From NCBI GenBank assembly GCA_051362555.1, contig CM120640.1:32011967-32075966 (forward strand): DNA of 64,000 nucleotides, in the 5' to 3' direction. The position numbers were made by a program, and so were the translations under genes. A model generated the notes under the pieces. It was not told the origin of the DNA and searched no databases. It saw nothing but the letters and a program-made list of their open reading frames with translations. How positions within the stretch are numbered: the first letter of the stretch is position 1; each line of letters opens with the position of its first letter. Shown here piece by piece: positions 39,701 through 54,700 of the stretch. The stretch comes from Lingula anatina. Taxonomy: Eukaryota > Animalia > Brachiopoda.

Positions 39701-42700
39701 TATTTGGGGGAGGGGGGGGGGAGGATGGGGGAGAAGTAAATTAAAAAGATCTAACCTCATTCCTATTACTTTTACAGGACATAGAAGATGATGAATACAT
39801 AGAAGACGATGAGCGACTCTACCCAGACACAGACTTCACACATCGATAGAAGTTAAGGTTAGTAAACTTTTTATTTAGGGGAGGGGGGGGGGAGGATATG
39901 GGAGAGGTAAATTAAAAAGATCTAACCTCATTCCTATTTCTTTTACAGGACATAGAAGATGATGAATGCATAGAAGACGATGAGCGACTCTACCCAGACA
40001 CAGACTTCACACATCGATAGAAGTTAAGGTTAGTAAACTTTTTATTTGGGGGAGGGGGGGGGGGGAGGATGGGGGAGAAGTAAATTAAAAAGACAACCTC
40101 ATTCCTATTACTTTTACATGACATAGAAGATGATGTATGCATAGAAGACGATGAGCGACTCTACCCAGACACAGACTTCATACATCGATAGAAGTTAAGG
40201 TTAGTAAACTTTTTATTTGGGGGAGGGGGGGGGGATATGGGAGAGGTAAATTAAAAAGATCTAACCTCATTCCTGTTTCTTTTACAGGACATAGAAGATG
40301 ATGTATGCATAGAAGACGATGAGCGACTCTACCCAGACACAGACTTCACACATCGATAGAAGTTAAGGTTAGTAAACTTTTTATTTGGGGGAGGGGGGGG
40401 GGGGAGGATGGGGGAGAGGTAAATTAAAAAGTTCTAACCTCATTCTTATTTCTTTTACAGGACATAGAAGATGATGAATGCATAGAAGACGATGAGCGAC
40501 TCTACCCAGACACAGACTTCACACATCGATAGAAGTTAAGGTTAGTAAACTTTTTATTTAGGGGAGGGGGGGGAGGATATGGGAGAGGTAAATTAAAAAG
40601 ATCTAACCTCATTCCTATTTCTTTTACAGGACATAGAAGATGATGAATGCATAGAAGACGATGAGCGACTCTACCCTGACATAGACTTCACACATCGATA
40701 GAAGTTAAGGTTAGTTAACTTTTTATTTGGGGGAGGGGGGGGGGGTAGGATGGCGGGAGAGGTAAATTAAAAAGATCTAACCTCATTCCTATTTCTTTTA
40801 CAGGACATAGAAGATGATGAATGCCTACCAGCCTACCAGCCTACCATCAAGCATTGACTACTCTTTGGATCAAGAATTTAAGGTTAGTAAATTTCATTTT
40901 TTGGAGGTGATAGGTAAATTGAATTAAAATCTAATCTAGTTTTATTTCCTTTACAGAACACAGAAGACGATGAAAGACTCTACCAAGACATAGACTTCAC
41001 ACATCGATAGAAGTTAAGGTTAGTAAACTTTTTATTTGGGGGAGGGGGGGGGGAGGATGGGGGAGAAGTAAATTAAAAAGATCTAACCTCATTCCTATTA
41101 CTTTTACAGGACATAGAAGATGATGAATGCATAGAAGACGATGAGCGACTCTACCCAGACACAGACTTCACACATCGATAGAAGTTAAGGTTAGTAAACT
41201 TTTTATTTGGGGGAGGGGGGGGGGGGGGAGGATGGGGGAGAGGTAAATTAAAAAGTTCTAACCTCATTCCTATTTCTTTTACAGGACATAGAAGATGATG
41301 AATGCATAGAAGACGATGAGCGACTCTACCCAGACACAGACTTCACACATCGATAGAAGTTAAGGTTAGTAAACTTTTTATTTGGGGGAGGGGGGGGGGA
41401 GGATATGGGAGAGGTAAATTAAAAAGATCTAACCTCATTCCTATTTCTTTTACAGGACATAGAAGATGATGAATGCATAGAAGACGATGAGCGACTCTAC
41501 CCTGACATAGACTTCACACATCGATAGAAGTTAAGGTTAGTAAACTTTTTATTTGGGGGAGGGGAGGGGGGGGGTAGGATGGCGGGAGAGGTAAATTAAA
41601 AAGATCTAACCTCATTCCTATTTCTTTTACAGGACATAGAAGATGATGAATGCCCACCAGCCTACCAGCCTACCATCAAGCATTGACTACTCTTTGGATC
41701 AAGAATTTAAGGTTAGTAAATTTCATTTTTTGGAGGGGATAGGTAAATTGAATTAAAATCTAATCTAGTTTTATTTCATTTACAGAACACAGAAGACGAT
41801 GAAAGACTCTACCCAGACATAGACTTCACACATCGATAGAAGTTAAGGTTAGTAAACTTTTTATTTGGGGGAGGGGGGGGGGAGGATGGGGGAGAAGTAA
41901 ATTAAAAAGATCTAACCTCATTCCTATTACTTTTACAGGACATAGAAGATGATGAATGCATAGAAGACGATGAGCGACTCTACCCAGACACAGACTTCAC
42001 ACATCGATAGAAGTTAAGGTTAGTAAACTTTTTATTTAGGGGAGGGGGGGGGGAGGATATGGGAGAGGTAAATTAAAAAGATCTAACCTCATTCCTATTT
42101 CTTTTACAGGACATAGAAGATGATGAATGCATAGAAGACGATGAGCGACTCTACCCAGACACAGACTTCACACATCGATAGAAGTTAAGGTTAGTAAACT
42201 TTTTATTTGGGGGAGGGGGGGGGGGGAGGATGGGGGAGAAGTAAATTAAAAAGACCTAACCTCATTCCTATTACTTTTACAGGACATAGAAGATGATGAA
42301 TGCATAGAAGACGATGAGCGACTCTACCCAGACACAGACTTCATACATCGATAGAAGTTAAGGTTAGTAAACTTTTTATTTGGGGGAGGAGGGGGGAGGA
42401 TATGGGAGAGGTAAATTAAAAAGATCTAACCTCATTCCTGTTTCTTTTACAGGACATAGAAGATGATGTATGCATAGAAGACGATGAGCGACTCTACCCA
42501 GACACAGACTTCACACATCGATAGAAGTTATGGTTAGTAAACTTTTTATTTGGGGGAGGGGGGGGGTATGGGGGAGAGTTAAATTAAAAAGTTCTAACCT
42601 CATTCCTATTTCTTTTACAGGACATAGAAGATGATGAATGCATAGAAGACGATGAGCGACTCTACCCAGACACAGACTTCGCACATCGATAGAAGTTAAG

Positions 42701-45700
42701 GTTAGTAAACTTTTTATTTGGGGGAGGGGGGGGGGAGGATATGGGAGAGGTAAATTAAAAAGATCTAACCTCATTCCTATTTCTTTTACAGGACATAGAA
42801 GATGATGAATGCATAGAAGACGATGAGCGACTCTACCCTGACATAGACTTCACACATCGATAGAAGTTAAGGTTAGTTAACTTTTTATTTGGGGGAGGGG
42901 GGGGGGTAAGATGGCGGGAGAGGTAAATTAAAAAGATCTAACCTCATTCCTATTTCTTTTACAGGACATAGAAGATGATGAATGCCTACCAGCCTACCAG
43001 CCTACCATCAAGCATTGACTACTCTTTGGATCAAGAATTTAAGGTTAGTAAATTTCATTTTTTGGAGGGGATAGGTAAATTGAATTAAAATCTTATCTAG
43101 TTTTATTTCCTTTACAGAACACAGAAGACGATGAAAGACTCTACCCAGACATAGACTTCACACATCGATAGAAGTTAAGGTTAGTAAACTTTTTATTTGG
43201 GGGAGGGGGGGGAGGATGGGGGAGAAGTAAATTAAAAAGATCTAACCTCATTCCTATTACTTTTACAGGACATAGAAGATGATGAATGCATAGAAGACGA
43301 TGAGCGACTCTACCCAGACACAGACTTTACACATCGATAGAAGTTAAGGTTAGTAAACTTATTATTTGGGTGAGGGGGGGGGAGGATGGGGGAGAGGTAA
43401 ATTAAAAAGATCTAACCTCATTCCTGTTTCTTTTACAGGACATAGAAGATGATGTATGCATAGAAGACGATGAGCGACTCTACCCAGACACAGACTTCAC
43501 ACATCGATAGAAGTTAAGGTTAGTAAACTTTTTATTTGGGGGAGGGGGGGGGAGGATGGGGGAGAGGTAAATTAAAAAGTTCTAACCTCATTCCTATTTC
43601 TTTTACAGGACATAGAAGATGATGAATGCATAGAAGACGATGAGCGACTCTACCCAGACACAGACTTCACACATCGATAGAAGTTAAGGTTAGTAAACTT
43701 TTTATTTGGGGGAGGGGGGGGGGAGGATATGGGAGAGGTAAATTAAAAAGATCTAACCTCATTCCTATTTCTTTTACAGGACATATAAGATGATGAATGC
43801 ATAGAAGACGATGAGCAACTCTACCCTGACATAGACTTCACACATCGATAGAAGTTAAGGTTAGTAAACTTTTTATTTGGGGGAGGGGGGGGGGAGGATG
43901 GCGGGAGAGGTAAATTAAAAAGATCTAACCTCATTCCTGTTTCTTTTACAGGACATAGAAGATGATGAATGCCTACCAGCCTACCAGCCTACCATCAAGC
44001 ATTGACTACTCTTTGGATCAAGAATTTAAGGTTAGTAAATTTCATTTTTTGGAGGGGATAGGTAAATTGAATTAAAATCTAATCTAGTTTTATTTCCTTT
44101 ACAGAACACAGAAGACGATGAAAGACTCTACCCAGACATAGACTTCACACATCGATAGAAGTTAAGGTTAGTAAACTTTTTATTTGGGGGAGGGGGGGGG
44201 GAGGATGGGGGAGAAGTAAATTAAAAAGATCTAACCTCATTCCTATTACTTTTACAGGACATAGAAGATGATGAATGCATAGAAGACGATGAGCGACTCT
44301 ACCCAGACACAGACTTCACACATCGATAGAAGTTAAGGTTAGTAAACTTTTTATTTAGGGGAGGGGGGAAGGGAGGATATGGGAGAGGTAAATTAAAAAG
44401 ATCTAACCTCATTCCTATTTCTTTTACAGGACATAGAAGATGATGAATGCATAGAAGACGATGAGCGACTCTACCCAGACACAGACTTCACATATCGATA
44501 GAAGTTAAGGTTAGTAAACTCTTTATTTGGGGGAGGGGGGGGGGAGGATATGGGAGAGGTAAATTAAAAAGATCTAACCTCATTCCTATTTCTTTTACAG
44601 GACATAGAAGATGATGTATGCATAGAAGACGATGAGCGACTCTACCCAGACACAGACTTCACACATCGATAGAAGTTAAGGTTAGTAAACTTTTTATTTA
44701 GGGGAGGGGGGGGGGAGGATATGGGAGAGGTAAATAAAAAAGATCTAACCTCATTCCTATTTCTTTTACAGGACATAGAAGATGATGAATGCATAGAAGA
44801 CGATGAGCGACTCTACCCAGACACAGACTTCACACATCGATAGAAGTTAAGGTTAGTAAACTTTTTATTTGGGGGAGGGGGGGGGGGGAGGATGGGGGAG
44901 AAGTAAATTAAAAAGACCTAACCTCATTCCTATTACTTTTACAGGACATAGAAGATGATGAATGCATAGAAGACGATGAGCGACTCTACCCAGACACAGA
45001 CTTCATACATCGATAGAAGTTAAGGTTAGTAAACTTTTTATTTGGGGGAGGAGGGGGGAGGATATGGGAGAGGTAAATTAAAAAGATCTAACCTCATTTC
45101 TGTTTCTTTTACAGGACATAGAAGATGATGTATGCATAGAAGACGATGAGCGACTCTACCCAGACACAGACTTCACACATCGATAGAAGTTATGGTTAGT
45201 AAACTTTTTATTTGGGGGAGGGGGGGGAGGATGGGGGAGAGGTAAATTAAAAAGTTCTAACCTCATTCCTATTTCTTTTACAGGACATAGAAGATGATGA
45301 ATGCATAGAAGACGATGAGCGACTCTACCCAGACACAGACTTCGCACATCGATAGAAGTTAAGGTTAGTAAACTTTTTATTTGGGGGAGGGGGGGGGGGA
45401 GGATGGGGGAGAAGTAAATTAAAAAGACCTAACCTCATTCCTATTACTTTTACAGGACATAGAAGATGATGAATGCATAGAAGACGATGAGCGACTCTAC
45501 CCAGACACAGACTTCATACATCGATAGAAGTTAAGGTTAGTAAACTTTTTATTTGGGGGAGGAGGGGGGAGGATATGGGAGAGGTAAATTAAAAAGATCT
45601 AACCTCATTCCTGTTTCTTTTACAGGACATAGAAGATGATGTATGCATAGAAGACGATGAGCGACTCTACCCAGACACAGACTTCACACATCGATAGAAG

Positions 45701-48700
45701 TTATGGTTAGTAAACTTTTTATTTGGGGGAGGGGGGGGGTATGGGGGAGAGGTAAATTAAAAAGTTCTAACCTCATTCCTATTTCTTTTACAGGACATAG
45801 AAGATGATGAATGCATAGAAGACGATGAGCGACTCTACCCAGACACAGACTTCGCACATCGATAGAAGTTAAGGTTAGTAAACTTTTTATTTGGGGGAGG
45901 GGGGGGGAGGATATGGGAGAGGTAAATTAAAAAGATCTAACCTCATTCCTATTTCTTTTACAGGACATAGAAGATGATGAATGCATAGAAGACGATGAGC
46001 GACTCTACCCTGACATAGACTTCACACATCGATAGAAGTTAAGGTTAGTTAACTTTTTATTTGGGGGAGGGGGGGGGGGTAAGATGGCGGGAGAGGTAAA
46101 TTAAAAAGATCTAACCTCATTCCTATTTCTTTTACAGGACATAGAAGATGATGAATGCCTACCAGCCTACCAGCCTACCATCAAGCATTGACTACTCTTT
46201 GGATCAAGAATTTAAGGTTAGTAAATTTCATTTTTTGGAGGGGATAGGTAAATTGAATTAAAATCTTATCTAGTTTTATTTCCTTTACAGAACACAGAAG
46301 ACGATGAAAGACTCTACCCAGACATAGACTTCACACATCGATAGAAGTTAAGGTTAGTAAACTTTTTATTTGGGGGAGGGGGGGGAGGATGGGGGAGAAG
46401 TAAATTAAAAAGATCTAACCTCATTCCTATTACTTTTACAGGACATAGAAGATGATGAATGCATAGAAGACGATGAGCGACTCTACCCAGACACAGACTT
46501 TACACATCGATAGAAGTTAAGGTTAGTAAACTTATTATTTGGGTGAGGGGGGGGGAGGATGGGGGAGAGGTAAATTAAAAAGATCTAACCTCATTCCTGT
46601 TTCTTTTACAGGACATAGAAGATGATGTATGCATAGAAGACGATGAGCGACTCTACCCAGACACAGACTTCACACATCGATAGAAGTTAAGGTTAGTAAA
46701 CTTTTTATTTGGGGGAGGGGGGGGAGGATGGGGGAGAGGTAAATTAAAAAGTTCTAACCTCATTCCTATTTCTTTTACAGGACATAGAAGATGATGAATG
46801 CATAGAAGACGATGAGCGACTCTACCCAGACACAGACTTCACACATCGATAGAAGTTAAGGTTAGTAAACTTTTTATTTGGGGGAGGGGGGGGGGGAGGA
46901 TATGGGAGAGGTAAATTAAAAAGATCTAACCTCATTCCTATTTCTTTTACAGGACATATAAGATGATGAATGCATAGAAGACGATGAGCAACTCTACCCT
47001 GACATAGACTTCACACATCGATAGAAGTTAAGGTTAGTAAACTTTTTATTTGGGGGAGGGGGGGGGGAGGATGGCGGGAGAGGTAAATTAAAAAGATCTA
47101 ACCTCATTCCTGTTTCTTTTACAGGACATAGAAGATGATGAATGCCTACCAGCCTACCAGCCTACCATCAAGCATTGACTACTCTTTGGATCAAGAATTT
47201 AAGGTTAGTAAATTTCATTTTTTGGAGGGGATAGGTAAATTGAATTAAAATCTAATCTAGTTTTATTTCCTTTACAGAACACAGAAGACGATGAAAGACT
47301 CTACCCAGACATAGACTTCACACATCGATAGAAGTTAAGGTTAGTAAACTTTTTATTTGGGGGAGGGGGGGGGGGAGGATGGGGGAGAAGTAAATTAAAA
47401 AGATCTAACCTCATTCCTATTACTTTTACAGGACATAGAAGATGATGAATGCATAGAAGACGATGAGCGACTCTACCCAGACACAGACTTCACACATCGA
47501 TAGAAGTTAAGGTTAGTAAACTTTTTATTTAGGGGAGGGGGGAAGGGAGGATATGGGAGAGGTAAATTAAAAAGATCTAACCTCATTCCTATTTCTTTTA
47601 CAGGACATAGAAGATGATGAATGCATAGAAGACGATGAGCGACTCTACCCAGACACAGACTTCACATATCGATAGAAGTTAAGGTTAGTAAACTCTTTAT
47701 TTGGGGGAGGGGGGGGGGAGGATATGGGAGAGGTAAATTAAAAAGATCTAACCTCATTCCTATTTCTTTTACAGGACATAGAAGATGATGTATGCATAGA
47801 AGACGATGAGCGACTCTACCCAGACACAGACTTCACACATCGATAGAAGTTAAGGTTAGTAAACTTTTTATTTAGGGGAGGGGGGGGGGAGGATATGGGA
47901 GAGGTAAATTAAAAAGATCTAACCTCATTCCTATTTCTTTTACAGGACATAGAAGATGATGAATGCATAGAAGACGATGAGCGACTCTACCCAGACACAG
48001 ACTTCACACATCGATAGAAGTTAAGGTTAGTAAACTTTTTATTTGGGGGAGGGGGGGGGGAGGATGGGGGAGAAGTAAATTAAAAAGACCTAACCTCATT
48101 CCTATTACTTTTACAGGACATAGAAGATGATGAATGCATAGAAGACGATGAGCGACTCTACCCAGACACAGACTTCATACATCGATAGAAGTTAAGGTTA
48201 GTAAACTTTTTATTTGGGGGAGGAGGGGGGAGGATATGGGAGAGGTAAATTAAAAAGATCTAACCTCATTTCTGTTTCTTTTACAGGACATAGAAGATGA
48301 TGTATGCATAGAAGACGATGAGCGACTCTACCCAGACACAGACTTCACACATCGATAGAAGTTATGGTTAGTAAACTTTTTATTTGGGGGAGGGGGGGGA
48401 GGATGGGGGAGAGGTAAATTAAAAAGTTCTAACCTCATTCCTATTTCTTTTACAGGACATAGAAGATGATGAATGCATAGAAGACGATGAGCGACTCTAC
48501 CCAGACACAGACTTCGCACATCGATAGAAGTTAAGGTTAGTAAACTTTTTATTTGGGGGAGGGGGGGGGGAGGATATGGGAGAGGTAAATTAAAAAGATC
48601 TAACCTCATTCCTATTTCTTTTACAGGACATAGAAGATGATGAATGCATAGAAGACGATGAGCGACTCTACCCTGACATAGACTTCACACATCGATAGAA

Positions 48701-51700
48701 GTTAAGGTTAGTTAACTTTTTATTTGGGGGTGGGGGGGGGGGGGTAAGATGGCGGGAGAGGTAAATTAAAAAGATCTAACCTCATTCCTATTTCTTTTAC
48801 AGGACATAGAAGATGATGAATGCCTACCAGCCTACCAGCCTACCATCAAGCATTGACTACTCTTTGGATCAAGAATTTAAGGTTACTAAATTTCATTTTT
48901 TGGAGGGGATAGGTAAATTGAATTAAAATCTTATCTAGTTTTATTTCCTTTACAGAACACAGAAGACGATGAAAGACTCTACCCAGACATAGACTTCACA
49001 CATCGATAGAAGTTAAGGTTAGTAAACTTTTTATTTGGGGGAGGGGGGGGAGGATGGGGGAGAAGTAAATTAAAAAGATCTAACCTCATTCCTATTACTT
49101 TTACAGGACATAGAAGATGATGAATGCATAGAAGACGATGAGCGACTCTACCCAGACACAGACTTTACACATCGATAGAAGTTAAGGTTAGTAAACTTAT
49201 TATTTGGGTGAGGGGGGGGGGAGGATGGGGGAGAGGTAAATTAAAAAGATCTAACCTCATTCCTGTTTCTTTTACAGGACATAGAAGATGATGTATGCAT
49301 AGAAGACGATGAGCGACTCTACCCAGACACAGACTTCACACATCGATAGAAGTTAAGGTTAGTAAACTTTTTATTTGGGGGAGGGGGGGGAGGATGGGGG
49401 AGAGGTAAATTAAAAAGTTCTAACCTCATTCCTATTTCTTTTACAGGACATAGAAGATGATGAATGCATAGAAGACGATGAGCGACTCTACCCAGACACA
49501 GACTTCACACATCGATAGAAGTTAAGGTTAGTAAACTTTTTATTTGGGGGAGGGGGGGGGGAGGATATGGGAGAGGTAAATTAAAAAGATCTAACCTTAT
49601 TCCTATTTCTTTTACAGGACATAGAAGATGATGAATGCATAGAAGACGATGAGCAACTCTACCCTGACATAGACTTCACACATCGATAGAAGTTAAGGTT
49701 AGTAAACTTTTTATTTGGGGGAGGGGGGGGGGAGGATGGCGGGAGAGGTAAATTAAAAAGATCTAACCTCATTCCTGTTTCTTTTACAGGACATAGAAGA
49801 TGATGAATGCCTACCAGCCTACCAGCCTACCATCAAGCATTGACTACTCTTTGGATCAAGAATTTAAGGTTAGTAAATTTCATTTTTTGGAGGGGATAGG
49901 TAAATTGAATTAAAATCTAATCTAGTTTTATTTCCTTTACAGAACACAGAAGACGATGAAAGACTCTACCCAGACATAGACTTCACACATCGATAGAAGT
50001 TAAGGTTAGTAAACTTTTTATTTGGGGGAGGGGGGGGGGAGGATGGGGGAGAAGTAAATTAAAAAGATCTAACCTCATTCCTATTACTTTTACAGGACAT
50101 AGAAGATGATGAATGCATAGAAGACGATGAGCGACTCTACCCAGACACAGACTTCACACATCGATAGAAGTTAAGGTTAGTAAACTTTTTATTTAGGGGA
50201 GGGGGGAAGGGAGGATATGGGAGAGGTAAATTAAAAAGATCTAACCTCATTCCTATTTCTTTTACAGGACATAGAAGATGATGAATGCATAGAAGACGAT
50301 GAGCGACTCTACCCAGACACAGACTTCACATATCGATAGAAGTTAAGGTTAGTAAACTCTTTATTTGGGGGAGGGGGGGGAGGATATGGGAGAGGTAAAT
50401 TAAAAAGATCTAACCTCATTCCTATTTCTTTTACAGGACATAGAAGATGATGTATGCATAGAAGACGATGAGCGACTCTACCCAGACACAGACTTCACAC
50501 ATCGATAGAAGTTAAGGTTAGTAAACTTTTTATTTGGGGGAGGGGGGGGGGAGGATATGGGAGAGGTAAATTAAAAATATCTAACCTCATTCCTATTTCT
50601 TTTACAGGACATAGAAGATGATGTATGCATAGAAGACGATGAGCGACTCTACCCAGACACAGACTTCACACATCGATAGAAGTTAAGGTTAGTAAACTTT
50701 TTATTTGGGGGAGGGGGGGGGGAGGATGGGGGAGAAGTAAATTAAAAAGACAACCTCATTCCTATTACTTTTACAGGACATAGAAGATGATGTATGCATA
50801 GAAGACGATGAGCGACTCTACCCAGACACAGACTTCACACATCGATAGAAGTTAAGGTTAGTAAACTTTTTATTTGGGGGAGGGGGGGGGGAGGATGGGG
50901 GAGAGGTAAATTAAAAAGATCTAACCTCATTCCTATTTCTTTTACAGGACATAGAAGATGATGAATGCATAGAAGACGATGAGCGACTCTACCCTGACAT
51001 AGACTTCACACATCGATAGAAGTTAAGGTTAGTTAACTTTTTATTTGGGGGAGGGGGGGGGGTAGGATGGCGGGAGAGGTAAATTAAAAAGATCTAACCT
51101 CATTCCTATTTCTTTTACAGGACATAGAAGATGATGAATGCCTACCAGCCTACCAGCCTACCATCAAGCATTGACTACTCTTTGGATCAAGAATTTAAGG
51201 TTAGTAAATTTCATTTTTTGGAGGTGATAGGTAAATTGAATTAAAATCTAATCTAGTTTTATTTCCTTTACAGAACACAGAAGACGATGAAAGACTCTAC
51301 CCAGACATAGACTTCACACATCAATAGAAGTTAAGGTTAGTAAACTTTTTATTTGGGGGAGGGGGGGGGAGGATGGGGGAGAAGTAAATTAAAAAGATCT
51401 AACCTCATTCCTATTACTTTTACAGGACATAGAAGATGATGTATGCATAGAAGACGATGAGCGACTCTACCCAGACACAGACTTCACACATCGATAGAAG
51501 TTAAGGTTAGTAAACTTTTTATTTGGGGGAGGGGGGGGGGAGGATGGGGGAGAAGTAAATTAAAAAGATCTAACCTCATTCCTATTACTTTTACAGGACA
51601 TAGAAGATAATGAATGCATAGAAGACGATGAGCGACTCTACCCAGACACAGACTTTACACATCGATAGAAGTTAAGGTTAGTAAACTTATTATTTGGGGG

Positions 51701-54700
51701 AGGGGGGGGGGGGAGGATGGGGGAGAGGTAAATTAAAAAGATCTAACCTCATTCCTGTTTCTTTTACAGGACATAGAAGATGATGTATGCATAGAAGACG
51801 ATGAGCGACTCTACCCAGACACAGACTTCACACATCGATAGAAGTTAAGGTTAGTAAACTTTTTATTTGGGGGAGGAGGGGGAGGATGGGGGAGAGGTAA
51901 ATTAAAAAGTTCTAACCTCATTCCTATTTCTTTTACAGGACATAGAAGATGATGAATGCATAGAAGACGATGAGCGACTCTACCCAGACACAGACTTCAC
52001 ACATCGATAGAAGTTAAGGTTAGTAAACTTTTTATTTGGGGGAGGGGGGGGGGAGGATATGGGAGAGGTAAATTAAAAAGATCTAACCTCATTCCTATTT
52101 CTTTTACAGGACATAGAAGATGATGAATGCATAGAAGACGATGAGCGACTCTACCCTGACATAGACTTCACACATCGATAGAAGTTAAGGTTAGTAAACT
52201 TTTTATTTTGGGGAGGGGGGGAGGATGGCGGGAGAGGTAAATTAAAAAGATCTAACCTCATTCCTGTTTCTTTTACAGGACATAGAAGATGATGAATGCC
52301 TACCAGCCTACCATCAAGCATTGACTACTCTTTGGATCAAGAATTTAAGGTTAGTAAATTTCATTTTTTGGAGGGGATAGGTAAATTGAATTAAAATCTA
52401 ATCTAGTTTTATTTCCTTTACAGAACACAGAAGACGATGAAAGACTCTACCCAGACATAGACTTCACACATCGATAGAAGTTAAGGTTAGTAAACTTTTT
52501 ATTTGGGGGAGGGGGGGGGAGGATGGGGGAGAAGTAAATTAAAAAGATCTAACCTCATTCCTATTACTTTTACAGGACATAGAAGATGATGAATGCATAG
52601 AAGACGATGAGCGACTCTACCCAGACACAGACTTCACACATCGATAGAAGTTAAGGTTAGTAAACTTATTATTTGGGGGAGGGGGGGGGGAGGATGGGGG
52701 AGAGGTAAATTAAAAAGATCTAACCTGATTCCTGTTTCTTTTACATGACATAGAAGATGATGTATGCATAGAAGACGATGAGCGACTCTACCCAGACACA
52801 GACTTCACACATCGATAGAAGTTAAGGTTAGTAAACTTTTTATTTGGGGGAGGGGGGGGGGGAGGATGGGGGAGAAGTAAATTAAAAAGATCTAACCTCA
52901 TTCCTATTACTTTTACAGGACATAGAAGATAATGAATGCATAGAAGACGATGAGCGACTCTACCCAGACACAGACTTTACACATCGATAGAAGTTAAGGT
53001 TAGTAAACTTATTATTTGGGGGAGGGGGGGGGGAGGATGGGGGAGAGGTAAATTAAAAAGATCTAACCTCATTCCTGTTTCTTTTACAGGACATAGAAGA
53101 TGATGTATGCATAGAAGACGATGAGCGACTCTACCCAGACACAGACTTCACACATCGATAGAAGTTAAGGTTAGTAAACTTTTTATTTGGGGGAGGGGGG
53201 GGGAGGATGGGGGACAGGTAAATTAAAAAGTTCTAACCTCATTCCTATTTCTTTTACAGGACATAGAAGATGATGAATGCATAGAAGACGATGAGCGACT
53301 CTACCCAGACACAGACTTCACACATCGATAGAAGTTAAGGTTAGTAAACTTTTTATTTGGGGGAGGGGGGGGGGAGGATGGGGGAGAGGTAAATTAAAAA
53401 GATCTAACCTCATTCCTATTTCTTTTACAGGACATAGAAGATGATGAATGCATAGAAGACGATGAGCGACTCTACCCTGACATAGACTTCACACATCGAT
53501 AGAAGTTAAGGTTAGTTAACTTTTTATTTGGGGGAGGGGGGGGGGTAGGATGGCGGGAGAGGTAAATTAAAAAGATCTAACCTCATTCCTATTTCTTTTA
53601 CAGGACATAGAAGATGATGAATGCCTACCAGCCTACCAGCCTACCATCAAGCATTGACTACTCTTTGGATCAAGAATTTAAGGTTAGTAAATTTCATTTT
53701 TTGGAGGTGATAGGTAAATTGAATTAAAATCTAATCTAGTTTTATTTCCTTTACAGAACACAGAAGACGATGAAAGACTCTACCCAGACATAGACTTCAC
53801 ACATCAATAGAAGTTAAGGTTAGTAAACTTTTTATTTGGGGGAGGGGGGGGGAGGATGGGGGAGAAGTAAATTAAAAAGATCTAACCTCATTCCTATTAC
53901 TTTTACAGGACATAGAAGATGATGTATGCATAGAAGACGATGAGCGACTCTACCCAGACACAGACTTCACACATCGATAGAAGTTAAGGTTAGTAAACTT
54001 TTTATTTGGGGGAGGGGGGGGGGAGGATGGGGGAGAAGTAAATTAAAAAGATCTAACCTCATTCCTATTACTTTTACAGGACATAGAAGATAATGAATGC
54101 ATAGAAGACGATGAGCGACTCTACCCAGACACAGACTTTACACATCGATAGAAGTTAAGGTTAGTAAACTTATTATTTGGGGGAGGGGGGGGGGGGAGGA
54201 TGGGGGAGAGGTAAATTAAAAAGATCTAACCTCATTCCTGTTTCTTTTACAGGACATAGAAGATGATGTATGCATAGAAGACGATGAGCGACTCTACCCA
54301 GACACAGACTTCACACATCGATAGAAGTTAAGGTTAGTAAACTTTTTATTTGGGGGAGGAGGGGGAGGATGGGGGAGAGGTAAATTAAAAAGTTCTAACC
54401 TCATTCCTATTTCTTTTACAGGACATAGAAGATGATGAATGCATAGAAGACGATGAGCGACTCTACCCAGACACAGACTTCACACATCGATAGAAGTTAA
54501 GGTTAGTAAACTTTTTATTTGGGGGAGGGGGGGGGGAGGATATGGGAGAGGTAAATTAAAAAGATCTAACCTCATTCCTATTTCTTTTACAGGACATAGA
54601 AGATGATGAATGCATAGAAGACGATGAGCGACTCTACCCTGACATAGACTTCACACATCGATAGAAGTTAAGGTTAGTAAACTTTTTATTTTGGGGAGGG

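Noticed and set aside
42511-48609. Minus-strand ORFs (MRLDLFNLPLP...) and a possible selenoprotein repeat with one TGA per unit
   Set aside because: They are open only where TGA happens to mutate to CGA. Other copies have TAA at that site, and the poly-C length varies by non-multiples of 3.
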